A stretch of 64,000 nucleotides of DNA from an uncultured delta proteobacterium (GCA_963745035.1 CAVUVW010000013.1:1792001-1856000), one strand, 5' to 3'. Counted from the stretch's first letter, positions 8,456 through 18,770 are shown. The notes: a model not told the origin generated them from the sequence alone. Numbers and translations are program-made.

Positions 8456-8619
8456 AAACCCGTTCAAATCGTTCAAGCCGTTCAATCCCCCGGATCGAGT
8501 CCGGGGTCCGTTCAAAACGTTGCCTGATTGTATATTTCGACGCCTCGACAAATTTCAAACCATATAAGTCCGCTTTCTCCGAATCGACCTTGAACCCCTT
8601 GAACATTGAACTTTGAACC
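8456..8619. repeat. GTTCAA arm, REP-like hairpin, and inverse TTGAAC arm
   Basis: 8456-8485 is identical to 1195-1224 (30 bp); hairpin CCCCGGAtcgagTCCGGGG; TTGAAC x4 at 8590-8619. Confidence 0.8.
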
Positions 8620-8678
8620 GCGCTCCTTCACGAGCTGCCTGTCGTTTAACTTTTCGCCGGGAGTGGCATGATGATGTT

Positions 8679-9272
8679 ATGGCCCGAGCAGATGGAAGCT
8701 TGGATCTGTTTGATACCTCGGCGAAGGTTCCGGACGGATTTATCTATCACCACAATTTTCTTTCCGGCGCCCAGGAACAGGAGCTGATCCGGGAGATCGA
8801 GAAACTCGAGCTTACCCCGTTTCAGTACTATCAATTTACTGGCAAGCGGCGCACCGTGAGCTTTGGCTGGGCATACGAGTTCGGCAAAAAGGATATCGCT
8901 CCGGCGCCGGAGATCCCCGCATTTCTCCTCCCTGTGCGGACTCGCGCCGAGGACCTCTTCGGCATCGAACCGAACAGCCTGGCTCATGCGTCGATCATCG
9001 AATATCCCACCGGCGCGCCGATCGGCTGGCACCGTGACATTCCGCATTTTGGCGTTGTGGTCGGCATCTCTCTCGGCGCGGCGTGCCGGATGAGGTTCCG
9101 GAAATATGAGCGCGCCCGGTCGAAGACTTCCAAGCGCGAGATCCTGTCGATCGAGCTGCAACCGCGCTCGGTTTATCTGATGAGCGGGGCTTCGCGCGAA
9201 ATTTGGCAGCACTCGATCCCGCCGGTGAAGGAGCTGCGCTACGCGATCATGATGAGGACCGTGAAAAAGTAA
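8679..9272 (+). CDS. AlkB-family 2OG-Fe(II) dioxygenase
   Basis: EYPTGAPIGWHRD, ISLGAAC, WQHSIPPV..RYAIMMR (HxD...H...R) motifs. Confidence 0.85.
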   Translation: MARADGSLDLFDTSAKVPDGFIYHHNFLSGAQEQELIREIEKLELTPFQYYQFTGKRRTVSFGWAYEFGKKDIAPAPEIPAFLLPVRTRAEDLFGIEPNSLAHASIIEYPTGAPIGWHRDIPHFGVVVGISLGAACRMRFRKYERARSKTSKREILSIELQPRSVYLMSGASREIWQHSIPPVKELRYAIMMRTVKK

Positions 9273-9289
9273 CGGGAGATGACCCGAGC

Positions 9290-9333
9290 CGTTCAAAACG
9301 TTCAACCGCTGCGCTCAGTTCAAAACGTTCAAG
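9290..9333. repeat. GTTCAA array
   Basis: Shares GTTCAACCGCTGCGCTCAGTTC with the insert at ~4956-4977. Confidence 0.75.
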
Positions 9334-9458
9334 TCGTTGAGAAACATCCGCGACAGCGCTGGAGAGACGGCGGGCTGATACGTCCAAGTTTTAATATAGG
9401 CTCGGTGTTCGGAAGCAGATGCGCTTCGGCTTGCGAGCACCGAGCGCAAACCCCGGTG

Positions 9459-11315
9459 TCAACGTGAAGCGGTTCTCTTGCCTGGTTCATGCCAAAGCTC
9501 TTCGAGCCTGGTCCATACGTCGGCGGCTATGCGAGAGCTTAACGGCGAGAGCAACTCGTTCACCCGACTGGTGACCACCCCGCGACATCTCACGCGACCG
9601 TCGCGGATCAAGCCGTCGAACCGCGATTGCCATAGAACCATCGTCACGAGCCTACCGGGCAAGCTGATGGCCTCGATCTGCTCGGTGATTTTTTCCCGTC
9701 CCCACCACCAGACACCGGCGGAGCCGATCAGTCCGATTAGCGCGCCGATCAAAAAGCCCACCGGTCCGGTGGTCCCGAAGAGCGCGACGATCACGGCGAT
9801 CTCCAGGCTCTCCCCGAATCCTCCGGCAAGAGTTCCCAACGCGATCGCGACCGATGCGCTAACACTCGCGCCGATCGCGTCGGCAAACCCGGCGCCGATC
9901 GGCTTCACGGAACGGTCGAACTCATCGGCCGGAAGAATCTCTAAGTCGCCGAGAAAATCGCGGCCGATCGCCGCGTTGAGGCGAAAGTCCTGCCGCACCG
10001 CGCTGAGCGCGCGGTCCACCGCCGGGGCAATCGATGCCTCGAGGTCCTTGACCGCTGCGGCGGCAAAGGCGTTGATTTCGTTTCTGCTCTCTTCACAGCG
10101 ATCATGAATGCGGCGCCTGAGATCGCTGATTTTTCCGCCAGCGGCTCGGAACCGCGCGAGCTCCGGAACGATGCGTTGGTCATAGAACCGCCCGCACACG
10201 AAGTCGGCCATGGCTGCGGCGAAGCTTCGGACGCCGCGCTCGATCTCTTGGGCGATCAATCCTTCGATTTGCGGGCGAATCAGCCGGGCGAAGTAATCAT
10301 CGAAGTCGACATGAACGTTGACCTTGGCACGGCGCACGGCGAATCCCTGCGCGACGGCGAGCACCGAGCGCGGCACGACAATGAACACGACTGCGGTCAG
10401 GACGAAGAGATGAATCCATGGCGCCGCGGGAGCGCCCTGGGCGCTCATGAGCCGCGCGATATCGACGTCGGCGCCGAGATCGCGCCCGGCGAGACGGGAA
10501 AGCCAAATCGCCGGAGCGAAAACGAAGTCCACCCAGCGGGCGACGGTCCTTTCGTCGTTGATAAACGTGCTGCTCCAGACGACGTCGTAGCGCAGGAAGA
10601 CACCCCGGATGTACATACCGGCGACCGCTCCCGCCGTCAAAGCGATCGCGGCGCAATGCGATAATCTTGTCCATCGCGCCGCCAGCAGCGGCCGCGCGGC
10701 GTCGACCCAATGACTCCAGAAGCGCCGGGCGACGCCGGCGAACAACATCGCCTGCTTCCGCGTGGCGTGGAAGCGCAGGGTGAAATTGTGAATGGAGATC
10801 CAGAGTGAAGGAAACAAGACGCGGGCAGTCCACGGCGCGGCGTGGGCCGGCGACGTCACGGGCGCGGCTTCCTGCGTCTGTGCAGCGCGGAATCGGTTTT
10901 CATCATCGTGTTCCGATGGCTGCTTGGCTTTTTTGACCTGCGCGCGCAGCCACCACACCAAGAGCGCGATATAGAGCAGCAGGTTCCACGCCACCAAAGC
11001 CATGATCGGATTCAACAGGATCGGTATCTTCTCGAAGGATCCGAGATAGTTGGTTGCCAAACCGATAAGGAAGGCAAAGGCGCAGACGGCGATCGTCCAG
11101 CCTTCCGGCAGTTGCGCCATGCGAACGATGGCGCCGTACGGGTGCGGCACCGCGTTCAACAGGGACCGAGAGCGGATCAAGAACCACGACGACGGCCGGA
11201 GGTCGGTTGCGGCGGCACCGAGCGCTTTCGAGAGAGCCGAGGGCGGAAATACCTTCGGATCGGTCTCCTCGATCGACCGTACCAGAAGGATGGGTGCGGC
11301 GTCCTGTTCCGTCAT
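9459..11315 (-). CDS. DUF2868-like membrane protein with a long C-terminal helical region
   Basis: Several TM helices, YDVVWSSTF motif and VVPR after a TM helix; family assignment by recall only. Confidence 0.6.
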   Translation of the reverse strand: MTEQDAAPILLVRSIEETDPKVFPPSALSKALGAAATDLRPSSWFLIRSRSLLNAVPHPYGAIVRMAQLPEGWTIAVCAFAFLIGLATNYLGSFEKIPILLNPIMALVAWNLLLYIALLVWWLRAQVKKAKQPSEHDDENRFRAAQTQEAAPVTSPAHAAPWTARVLFPSLWISIHNFTLRFHATRKQAMLFAGVARRFWSHWVDAARPLLAARWTRLSHCAAIALTAGAVAGMYIRGVFLRYDVVWSSTFINDERTVARWVDFVFAPAIWLSRLAGRDLGADVDIARLMSAQGAPAAPWIHLFVLTAVVFIVVPRSVLAVAQGFAVRRAKVNVHVDFDDYFARLIRPQIEGLIAQEIERGVRSFAAAMADFVCGRFYDQRIVPELARFRAAGGKISDLRRRIHDRCEESRNEINAFAAAAVKDLEASIAPAVDRALSAVRQDFRLNAAIGRDFLGDLEILPADEFDRSVKPIGAGFADAIGASVSASVAIALGTLAGGFGESLEIAVIVALFGTTGPVGFLIGALIGLIGSAGVWWWGREKITEQIEAISLPGRLVTMVLWQSRFDGLIRDGRVRCRGVVTSRVNELLSPLSSRIAADVWTRLEELWHEPGKRTASR

Positions 11316-11352
11316 CGCTTGCGGGAAACCCGGTCACGCCTAAGCGGTCCAG

Positions 11353-12441
11353 CTAACGGCTGCGCTGGGTGGAGGCTTCTTCGATCTTCTCCGCCGCCTG
11401 AGCTTCATCATCGGCATCCGGCTGCGGCGCTTCTTGCTGGTGAGCGGCCTCGGGCTCGTAGCTCAAGCGAATAAACATCGGAAAGTGGTCCGAGCCAAAA
11501 AACGCCAGACGCTTCAGCTCGATGAGTCTGAACTGCGCCGAGTGAAAGAAGTGGTCGAGCGGAAAGCGCAGGAAGAAGTAGCCTGCGTGAAACGAGTTGT
11601 AGAGCCCGCGACCGACGCGCGGATCGAGGAGCCCGCTGATTTTTTGAAACAAATCATTGGTATACGACCAGGCAACGTCGTTCAAGTCACCCATGACGAT
11701 GACCGGCAGCTGTTTTCCTTTCGTCTCTTTGCCGACGACGATCAATTCGGCGTCCCGCTCGGTGGACTGCGCCGTTTCCTGCGGCACCGGCGGCCTGGGA
11801 TGCAGGCAGTGGATCTCCACCTCGGTGCCTCCGGGCAGCTTGACCAGCGCGCGAATCGAGGGAATGTCATCTTGAATCAGAAAACGCACTTCTGGCCGGA
11901 TGAGCTCGAGCCGGGAAAAAAGCAACATGCCGTAGCAATTGTCCTGCGGCCGGCTCACGGTGAACGGATGGGTCTCGGCAAAGCGAGCGAGCTCGCTCTC
12001 CCACCATCGATCCGCCTCGACGATGAGAATCACGTCGGGATCGGCTTCAGCAATGATCTCCCGCAGCCGTGCCGAGTTGCGGTTGTCCATTTTCACGTTG
12101 GCGAGCAGCAAGCTGATGGTGGTTTCATGGCGTGGCTTTTTTGCCCCCTGCACCTCGTTCCCGGCAAGAATCGTGTACGGCCGAATCCGGTAGGCTTGAT
12201 AGAGAATCGACAGCAGCAATCCGCCGCGGACGAGCTGCGCGCCCCGTCCGGCATCCCTGCGAAGAGCCAGGTCGGTGCCGAGAACCAGCGCTCCGGCGAG
12301 AGCGAGTTGTGTCCGCGGGAAATCGAAGGTCCTGATCCACCAACGAGCGCTCCGGCTAAACGGCAGCAGGGTAGCGGTAGTCAGTGCCAGTTCGGCGATC
12401 GTGAATAGAGCCTTCAAGATTGTTTCACCTTGGAACAGCAT
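11353..12441 (-). CDS. Endonuclease/exonuclease/phosphatase family protein (YafD-like)
   Basis: LLANV, VMGDLND, FPLDHFFHS, GSDHFP motifs. Confidence 0.88.
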   Translation of the reverse strand: MLFQGETILKALFTIAELALTTATLLPFSRSARWWIRTFDFPRTQLALAGALVLGTDLALRRDAGRGAQLVRGGLLLSILYQAYRIRPYTILAGNEVQGAKKPRHETTISLLLANVKMDNRNSARLREIIAEADPDVILIVEADRWWESELARFAETHPFTVSRPQDNCYGMLLFSRLELIRPEVRFLIQDDIPSIRALVKLPGGTEVEIHCLHPRPPVPQETAQSTERDAELIVVGKETKGKQLPVIVMGDLNDVAWSYTNDLFQKISGLLDPRVGRGLYNSFHAGYFFLRFPLDHFFHSAQFRLIELKRLAFFGSDHFPMFIRLSYEPEAAHQQEAPQPDADDEAQAAEKIEEASTQRSR

Positions 12442-12680
12442 AACACGCGGCTAGCGTGGCGGAAGGCGAGCGCTCGAGAATGGCCATGGCTCGCGCAAAT
12501 GCCAGGGGCTCAGCGACGAGCAGCTATGCCACTTGATCGGTTAAGGAGCGAAGCGAAGTCCTGAAGCCGGAGCGGACGTACAGGCCTCGCTGCCGGCGAA
12601 ATCAGGCCCTCACGCATCTGCTCGCTCGGTTGAATACCCGCGATGCCTAAAGTAGTAGTGTGTGACCGAGAGGACGAGCT

Positions 12681-13472
12681 ATGCCCTTTGAATACCTTTC
12701 CGTCATGGCGCAGAACTCCGCACCCAGGGCGCCGCGGGTTCTCGCTGCGCCTTCGAGCCGGGCTTGGCAGCCAGTGACAAAAGCAGTGCGCGAATTGCGG
12801 GTCGCTTTACTCAGCAGCGCCGCGCTGCGGCTAGCCGACCAGGAGCCGTTCATTCCGCGCGAAGACCTGAGCTACCGCCGCGTTCCGTCCGATCCGCGCA
12901 GCGGCACGGTCGTCATCGATCACCACTCGGGCATCGGCACAGTGCCGAAGAGGGACCCGGAGATCGTCTTTCCCCGCGCGGCGCTGGCGGCATTGGTCTC
13001 CAACGGCACAATCGGCGCCTCGGCGCCGTTTCACTATTCGTTCATGGGCGGCGTGCGCGAGCATGAACGCATCGAGAACGAGCTTGCTGCCGCGCTGGCG
13101 GACGAGCTCGCGAAAGCGCGCGTCGACCTCGCTCTGCTCGTCCCCTACTGACCGTTCTGCCACGAGACCGTCGGTCTCATCGCCCACGTCATCGAAGCGC
13201 GCGGCATTCCTACCTTGGTCATCGGCACGGCGCACGACATCATGAGCAAAGTCGTCCCGCCGCGCGCTGCGTTCGTCGACCATCCGGTCGGCCGTACCTT
13301 CGGCCCGCCGCACGATCGCGAGCGTCACCAAGCGGTGTTGGCAAGAGCGCTGCAAGAGCTGCCTAAGTTCACAACGCCCGGAGAGATTCGCGATCTGGGC
13401 TGCCAGTGGCTCCCTGGCGGCGGGCGCGAGTGGGAGGCCGAGCTGCGCGCCGAGATGCTCCATGACCGTTGA
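12681..13472 (+). CDS. Glycine/sarcosine/betaine/D-proline reductase selenoprotein B-like protein; Sec at codon 157
   Basis: ORFs 12681..13151 and 13215..13472 are in the same frame, separated only by TGA 13149-13151, giving LVPY-U-PFCHETVGLIAHVIEARGIPT...PPRA (UxxC). Confidence 0.85.
13152..13183 (+). promoter_or_regulatory. Putative bacterial SECIS hairpin
   Basis: GAGACC-GTC-GGTCTC stem-loop starting 12 nt after the TGA, with G first in the loop. Confidence 0.65.
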
Positions 13473-13533
13473 CTCAAAGGAAATTTTAAGTGTTAATTGC
13501 GGGCTAGAATATCATCCGGTGAAGGAGCTCTGA

Positions 13534-14553
13534 ATGTCGAAATTTTTTCTCGCAATCTCGTTGCTGGCTGTCTACTTTGCATCGCCATTGCCGGTCCACG
13601 CGGCGGCGCCTTTCTATGAAGGCAAGTCGATCCGCATTATCGTCGGCTTCTCGGCGGGCGGCGGGTTCGATACTTATTCTCGCCTGATCAGCCGTCACTT
13701 GGGCAGGCATATCCCGGGCAACCCCGGCGTCGTCGTCGAAAACATGCCGGGCGCGGCGAGCCTCGTCTCCGCCAATCACGTTTACAATGTCGCCAAACCC
13801 GACGGTCTCACGATACTCAATTTCCACGGCAATCAGGTCATCAATCAGTTGATCGGCAAGCCGGGCATCGAGTTCGATGCGCGGAAATTCGAATACATCG
13901 GCATTCCGACCCAGGACAACGTCGCCTGCGCGTTCTACAAGGCGAGCGGCATCACGAGCTTCGATAGCCTGCGCAACGCCAAGACGCCGGTGAAGCTCGG
14001 CGGCGTCGCGCCGGGGGACACGACTTACAACACCGCCAGACTCTTGATCGCGGCCCTCAAGCTGCCGATCCAGCTCGTGGCCGGGTACAAGGGCACGGCC
14101 GAAGTCAAGCTCGCCGCCGAGGCCGGCGAAGTGGCGGGCGGCTGCTGGCAGTGGGAGTCGATCAAATCGATTTGGCGCCAGGGACTCGATGCCGGCAACG
14201 TCGCCGTCGTGCTTCAGGTGAACGCCAAGACACATCCCGAGCTGCCCAAGGTGCCGAACGCGGTCGATTTCGCGCCCAACGAAAACGCCAAGCTGCTGCT
14301 CAAGTACGGCGGCCATGATCCATCGGCGATCACCCGGCCTTATGCCCTCGGCCCGGGCACGCCGAAGGACCGGGTGCAGCTCTTGCGCAAAGCTTTCGTC
14401 GAGACGATGAAAGATCCCGAGTTTCTCGCCGACGCCAAGAAGTCGCGCCTCGACACCGATCCGCTGACCGGCGAGGACATCGACAGGATCGTCGCGCAGT
14501 TGTTCAAGATGGATCCAGCTCTGGTCAATCAGCTAAAAGAGATCCTGAAATAA
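13534..14553 (+). CDS. TctC/Bug-family substrate-binding protein
   Basis: FYEGKSIRIIVGFSAGGGFD, NMPGA, PDGLT, GYKG motifs. Confidence 0.9.
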   Translation: MSKFFLAISLLAVYFASPLPVHAAAPFYEGKSIRIIVGFSAGGGFDTYSRLISRHLGRHIPGNPGVVVENMPGAASLVSANHVYNVAKPDGLTILNFHGNQVINQLIGKPGIEFDARKFEYIGIPTQDNVACAFYKASGITSFDSLRNAKTPVKLGGVAPGDTTYNTARLLIAALKLPIQLVAGYKGTAEVKLAAEAGEVAGGCWQWESIKSIWRQGLDAGNVAVVLQVNAKTHPELPKVPNAVDFAPNENAKLLLKYGGHDPSAITRPYALGPGTPKDRVQLLRKAFVETMKDPEFLADAKKSRLDTDPLTGEDIDRIVAQLFKMDPALVNQLKEILK

Positions 14554-14585
14554 GCGGGCTCGAAATTTCTCGACGAGGAGAAATC

Positions 14586-15605
14586 ATGAAGCGAACTATT
14601 TGCCGTCTGTCGATTCTCTGTGTCTTTCTCGTCGCCGCGGCCACGGCCCGCGCGCAGGACGGTTTTTACCGCGGCAAGACGGTGCGCATCATCGTCGGCG
14701 CCTCCGCCGGCGGCGGCTATGACACCTACTCCCGCACCATAGCCAGGCACATGGGCAAACACATTCCCGGCAACCCGGCGATCGTCGTCGACAACATGCC
14801 GGGCGCAGGTTTTTTGATCTCGGCCAACCACATGTATAAAGTCGCCAAGCCCGACGGCTTGACCATCGGTCATTTCATCGGCGGCCTGTTCCTGCAGCAA
14901 CTGCTCGGTAAGCCGGGCATCGAGTTCGACGCGCGCAAGTTCGAGTACATGGGTGTGCCGGCACAGGACAACTACATGCTCGCCGTGCACAAGAGCACCG
15001 GCATCACCAGCATCGAACAGTGGCTATCGTCGAAGACCCCGGTCAAGCTCGGCGGCGTCGGCATCGGCTCGGCGACCGATGACATTCCCAAAGTGCTCGC
15101 CGCCGCCATCGGCTTGCCGATCCAGCTCGTCTCCGGCTACAAAGGCACCGCCGACGTGCGTCTGGCGTTCAACAGCCAAGAAGTCCTGGGTGTGTGCAAT
15201 GCCTGGGAATCTTTTAAAGCGACCTGGCGCAAGGAGCTTGACGCGGGCGACGCGGTGATCGTCTTGCAGAATACCGCCAAGCCACATCCCGAGCAGCCCA
15301 AGCTGCCGCTGGCGATCACCTACGCCAAGAACGAAGAGGGGCAAAAGCTCATCCGCTCTCTGGTTCACAGCGTCGGTCCGACCGCACGCCCCTACGTGCT
15401 GCCGCCGGGCACGCCCAAAGACCGCGTGCAGCTTCTCCGCAAGGCATTCATCGACACCGTGAAAGATCCGGAGTTTCTCGCCGACGCCACCAAGGCCAAG
15501 CTCGACATCAACCCCCTCGACGGCGCCGAGCTCGAAAAAAACGTCAAAGACGTATTCAATCTCGATCCCAAGCTGATCCCCCGAGCGAAAGAGATTTTGA
15601 AGTAG
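14586..15605 (+). CDS. TctC/Bug-family substrate-binding protein, tandem paralog
   Basis: Same motifs and same length (339 aa) as the upstream gene. Confidence 0.9.
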   Translation: MKRTICRLSILCVFLVAAATARAQDGFYRGKTVRIIVGASAGGGYDTYSRTIARHMGKHIPGNPAIVVDNMPGAGFLISANHMYKVAKPDGLTIGHFIGGLFLQQLLGKPGIEFDARKFEYMGVPAQDNYMLAVHKSTGITSIEQWLSSKTPVKLGGVGIGSATDDIPKVLAAAIGLPIQLVSGYKGTADVRLAFNSQEVLGVCNAWESFKATWRKELDAGDAVIVLQNTAKPHPEQPKLPLAITYAKNEEGQKLIRSLVHSVGPTARPYVLPPGTPKDRVQLLRKAFIDTVKDPEFLADATKAKLDINPLDGAELEKNVKDVFNLDPKLIPRAKEILK

Positions 15606-15720
15606 ATCGAACGGTTCTGTTGACTGGGCGGCAGCCAAGCCGCGCGTGATTTCTGTCATGAGTCGAAACATTCTCGCTCATGCCGCGATGAGCAACTCGA
15701 GGCATGATAACCCTACCGCC

Positions 15721-15768
15721 CAAAACAAAACAGCCCGCCGGATCGTACGAGATCCCGGCGGGCTGTTT
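15721..15768. terminator. Intrinsic terminator ending the alpha operon, possibly bidirectional
   Basis: AAACAGCCCGCCGG...CCGGCGGGCTGTTT stem with a T-rich tail on the minus strand, between convergent genes. Confidence 0.75.
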
Positions 15769-15790
15769 GCTGAAAATATGGTGATTAGAG

Positions 15791-16237
15791 TTAAGCCGCT
15801 GCTTCCTGCTTCTCGCTCGGCTGCCGGCGCCGGGACCGGCGTCTTCTCCTACCGCCGCCGGACGAGCTTTCTTTGGTCTCTTCCCCGCCCACCAACTCGA
15901 TGATCGACATTTGCGCCGCGTCGCCGTGGCGCAGGCCGATTTTGATGATGCGCGTGTAGCCTCCCGGGCGGTCTTTGAAGCGCGGCCCGATGGTGTCAAA
16001 GAGCTTGCGCACGACCGACTTGTCCTGGACGATGCCCAAGGCTTGCCGGCGCGCGTGCAAGTCGCCGCGCTTGCCGAGCGTGATCACGCGTTCCACCCAG
16101 CGGCGCAGCTCTTTGGCCTTCGGATCGGTGGTGCGAATTTTTTCCTCGCGCAGCAAAGCGGTGATGAGATTGCGCATGAGCGCCCAGCGATGCGCCGAGT
16201 TGCGGCTGAGTTGCCTGCCTGACTTGAGATGGCGCAT
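15791..16237 (-). CDS. rplQ: 50S ribosomal protein L17
   Basis: [20 protein letters not shown]. Confidence 0.98.
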   Translation of the reverse strand: MRHLKSGRQLSRNSAHRWALMRNLITALLREEKIRTTDPKAKELRRWVERVITLGKRGDLHARRQALGIVQDKSVVRKLFDTIGPRFKDRPGGYTRIIKIGLRHGDAAQMSIIELVGGEETKESSSGGGRRRRRSRRRQPSEKQEAAA

Positions 16238-16240
16238 GAC

Positions 16241-17269
16241 TTAGACGGTCTCCTTCTCCGCGGCCCGCTTGCGCGCGTCGATCTCTTCCCGGGACGGGAA
16301 GTGGTCCACCTTCATCCCCAGCTCCAGTCCCATCTCCTTGAGAATTTCCTTGATCTCGTTGAGCGACTTGTGGCCGAAGTTCTTTGTCCGGAGCATCTCC
16401 TGCTCGCTCTTCTGCACCAGCTCGCCGATATACTTGATGTCGGCGTTCTGCAGGCAGTTCTGCGAGCGCACCGAGAACTCGAGCTCGTCGACGCTGCGAA
16501 ACAGGTTCTCGTTGAGCGGCACCGGCGGGCCGTCATCCTTCTTTTCCGCCCGCGGCTCGTCTTGAAAATTGACGAAGATGCTCACCTGATCCTGCAGGAT
16601 CTTGGCGGCGTAAGCCATGGCGTCGTCCGGCTTGACGCTGCCGTCGGTGTAGACTTCGAACACCACGCGGTCGTAATCGGTGCGCTGGGCGACCCGGGCG
16701 TTGGCCACGTTGAAGTTCACCTTCTGCACCGGCGAGAACACCGCGTCGATAAAAATCGTATCGACGGGCGCGCCCTCTTCCTTGTTGCGCTCCGCCGGGA
16801 CGTAGCCGCGGCCGAGCTTGGCGAGCATCTCGACTTCGAGCTTGGCGTCGCGCGCAAGCGTGGCGATTTTGTGCTCGGGATTGAGGATCTCGACGGCGGG
16901 CGGCGCGATGATGTCTTTGGCGTACACCGTTCCCGGCCCCTTGGCGTCGATCTTCAGCGTCTGTTGCTCGCTCTCGTTCAGCCGCAGCCGGATTTCCTTG
17001 AGGTTGAGGATGATGTCCGCGACGTCCTCGGTCACGCCCGCGACGGTGGAAAACTCATGCAGGATGCCCTTGATGCGCACGGCGACGATGGACGCGCCCA
17101 TGAGCGAAGAGAGCAGAATGCGCCGGAGCGAATTGCCGATCGTCTGGCCGAAGCCGCGCTCGAACGGCTCGGCGTAAAATTTCCCGTAGGTCGGCGTCAG
17201 GGTTTTCTCTTCCACCTCCAATTGCCTGGGTTTGATCAGTTCGGTCCAATGCTTATACATTGTCGACAT
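16241..17269 (-). CDS. rpoA: RNA polymerase alpha subunit
   Basis: [29 protein letters not shown]. Confidence 0.98.
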   Translation of the reverse strand: MSTMYKHWTELIKPRQLEVEEKTLTPTYGKFYAEPFERGFGQTIGNSLRRILLSSLMGASIVAVRIKGILHEFSTVAGVTEDVADIILNLKEIRLRLNESEQQTLKIDAKGPGTVYAKDIIAPPAVEILNPEHKIATLARDAKLEVEMLAKLGRGYVPAERNKEEGAPVDTIFIDAVFSPVQKVNFNVANARVAQRTDYDRVVFEVYTDGSVKPDDAMAYAAKILQDQVSIFVNFQDEPRAEKKDDGPPVPLNENLFRSVDELEFSVRSQNCLQNADIKYIGELVQKSEQEMLRTKNFGHKSLNEIKEILKEMGLELGMKVDHFPSREEIDARKRAAEKETV

Positions 17270-17284
17270 AGCGTCTCCCAATAC

Positions 17285-17911
17285 TTACTTCGAATACAAC
17301 TCGACGATCAGTTTCTCGTTGATCGGCATGGTGATATCGCCGCGCGCCGGCAGAATCTTGATGCGGCCGCTGACCGCCTCCCGATCCACCTCGGCCCAGT
17401 CGGGTACGCCGCGTCGCTGCGCTCCCTCCATCGCCGCCACCACCCGCCCGAGCTGGCGGCTGCGCTCTTTGACCGAAATCACGTCGCCGGCGCGCACCGT
17501 ATACGACGGAATGTTGGTCTTGCGGCCGTTGACCAGAATGTGGCCGTGCCGAACCAGGGTGCGCGCCTCGGCGCGCGAGCTGGCAAAGCCGAGGCGATAC
17601 GCGACGTTATCGAGCCGGCGCTCGAGCAAGGTCAATAAGGTTTCGCCGGTAATCCCCTTGATGCGGTTGGCATGGGCGAACGTGCGGCGAAACTGTTTTT
17701 CCAGCAGACCGTAGATGCGTTTGACTTTCTGCTTCTCGCGCAACTGAATGCTGTACTCCGAGAACTTGGGCCTGCCCTGGCCGTGCTGTCCCGGCGGATA
17801 GTTGCGTCTTTCGATCGCGCATTTGTCGGTATAGCAGCGCTCGCCCTTCAAAAAGAGCTTCAAATTTTCGCGCCTGCAAAGCCGGCACACCGAATCTGTG
17901 TATCTAGCCAA
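17285..17911 (-). CDS. rpsD: 30S ribosomal protein S4 (zinc-binding form), TTG start
   Basis: [22 protein letters not shown]. Confidence 0.98.
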   Translation of the reverse strand: MARYTDSVCRLCRRENLKLFLKGERCYTDKCAIERRNYPPGQHGQGRPKFSEYSIQLREKQKVKRIYGLLEKQFRRTFAHANRIKGITGETLLTLLERRLDNVAYRLGFASSRAEARTLVRHGHILVNGRKTNIPSYTVRAGDVISVKERSRQLGRVVAAMEGAQRRGVPDWAEVDREAVSGRIKILPARGDITMPINEKLIVELYSK

Positions 17912-17932
17912 TCTCTTTCCTCCTGATCCTGA

Positions 17933-18373
17933 TCAAACCCGCCGCCGCTTGGGCGGCCGGCAGCCGTTGTGCGGAATCGGCGTCACGTCTTTGATCAAGC
18001 TGATATTGATGCCGGCCGATTGCAGGGCGCGTAGCGCCGACTCCCGTCCCGCGCCGGGCCCGCGCACGAAGATCTGCACGCTGCGCAGGCCGTGATCCAT
18101 GGCCTTTTTGGCGGCGCTGTCGGCCGCCTGCTGGGCCGCGAACGGCGTTCCCTTGCGCGAGCCCTTGAAGCCCATGGCGCCCGCGCTCGACCAGGAAATC
18201 ACGTTGCCCTGATAGTCCGTAATCGTGACGATCGTATTGTTGAAGGTCGAGTGGATGTGCACCACTCCCTCGGCGATATTCTTCCGCCCGCGCTTGCGGC
18301 GCGCCGCCCGATCCGCGGCCTTAGCGTCCGCCTGCCCTTCGGCTTTCGGTTTCTCGTCGCTGGCATCTGCCAT
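17933..18373 (-). CDS. rpsK: 30S ribosomal protein S11
   Basis: [22 protein letters not shown]. Confidence 0.98.
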   Translation of the reverse strand: MADASDEKPKAEGQADAKAADRAARRKRGRKNIAEGVVHIHSTFNNTIVTITDYQGNVISWSSAGAMGFKGSRKGTPFAAQQAADSAAKKAMDHGLRSVQIFVRGPGAGRESALRALQSAGINISLIKDVTPIPHNGCRPPKRRRV

Positions 18374-18386
18374 GATTTTTCTCCTG

Positions 18387-18770
18387 TTAGCCTTTCGACG
18401 GCGCCTGCTTCTTGCCCGCGACCGTTTTGCGCGGTCCTTTGCGGGTGCGCGCGTTGGTGTGGGTGCGCTGGCCGTGCACCGGTAAATTTCTGCGGTGCCG
18501 CAGGCCGCGATACGAGCTCATGTCGAGATGGCGCTTGATATTGGCGGTCACGTCGCGCCTGAGATCGCCTTCGACCTTGAAGCTCTGATCCATGATCTGG
18601 CGGATCTTGACTACGTCGTCGTCGTTCAAGTCATCGGTCTTGAGATCGAGCGAGATGCCCGCCTGGTTGAGAATATCGCGCGAAGCGCTCCGCCCGATGC
18701 CGTAAATATACGTGAGCGCGACTTCCATTCTCTTGCTGCGCGGCAAATCCACCCCTGCGATCCGTGCCAT
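18387..18770 (-). CDS. rpsM: 30S ribosomal protein S13
   Basis: [23 protein letters not shown]. Confidence 0.98.
   Translation of the reverse strand: MARIAGVDLPRSKRMEVALTYIYGIGRSASRDILNQAGISLDLKTDDLNDDDVVKIRQIMDQSFKVEGDLRRDVTANIKRHLDMSSYRGLRHRRNLPVHGQRTHTNARTRKGPRKTVAGKKQAPSKG

Noticed and set aside
1195-9333. Repeat arrays as a CRISPR array
   Set aside because: Units are 6-9 bp, degenerate and lack regular unique spacers; no cas genes.
9279-9467. Small ORF with VQNVQ repeats, and His/Asp-rich ORFs near 2505-2913
   Set aside because: These are translations of the non-coding GTTCAA and CACGAT arrays.
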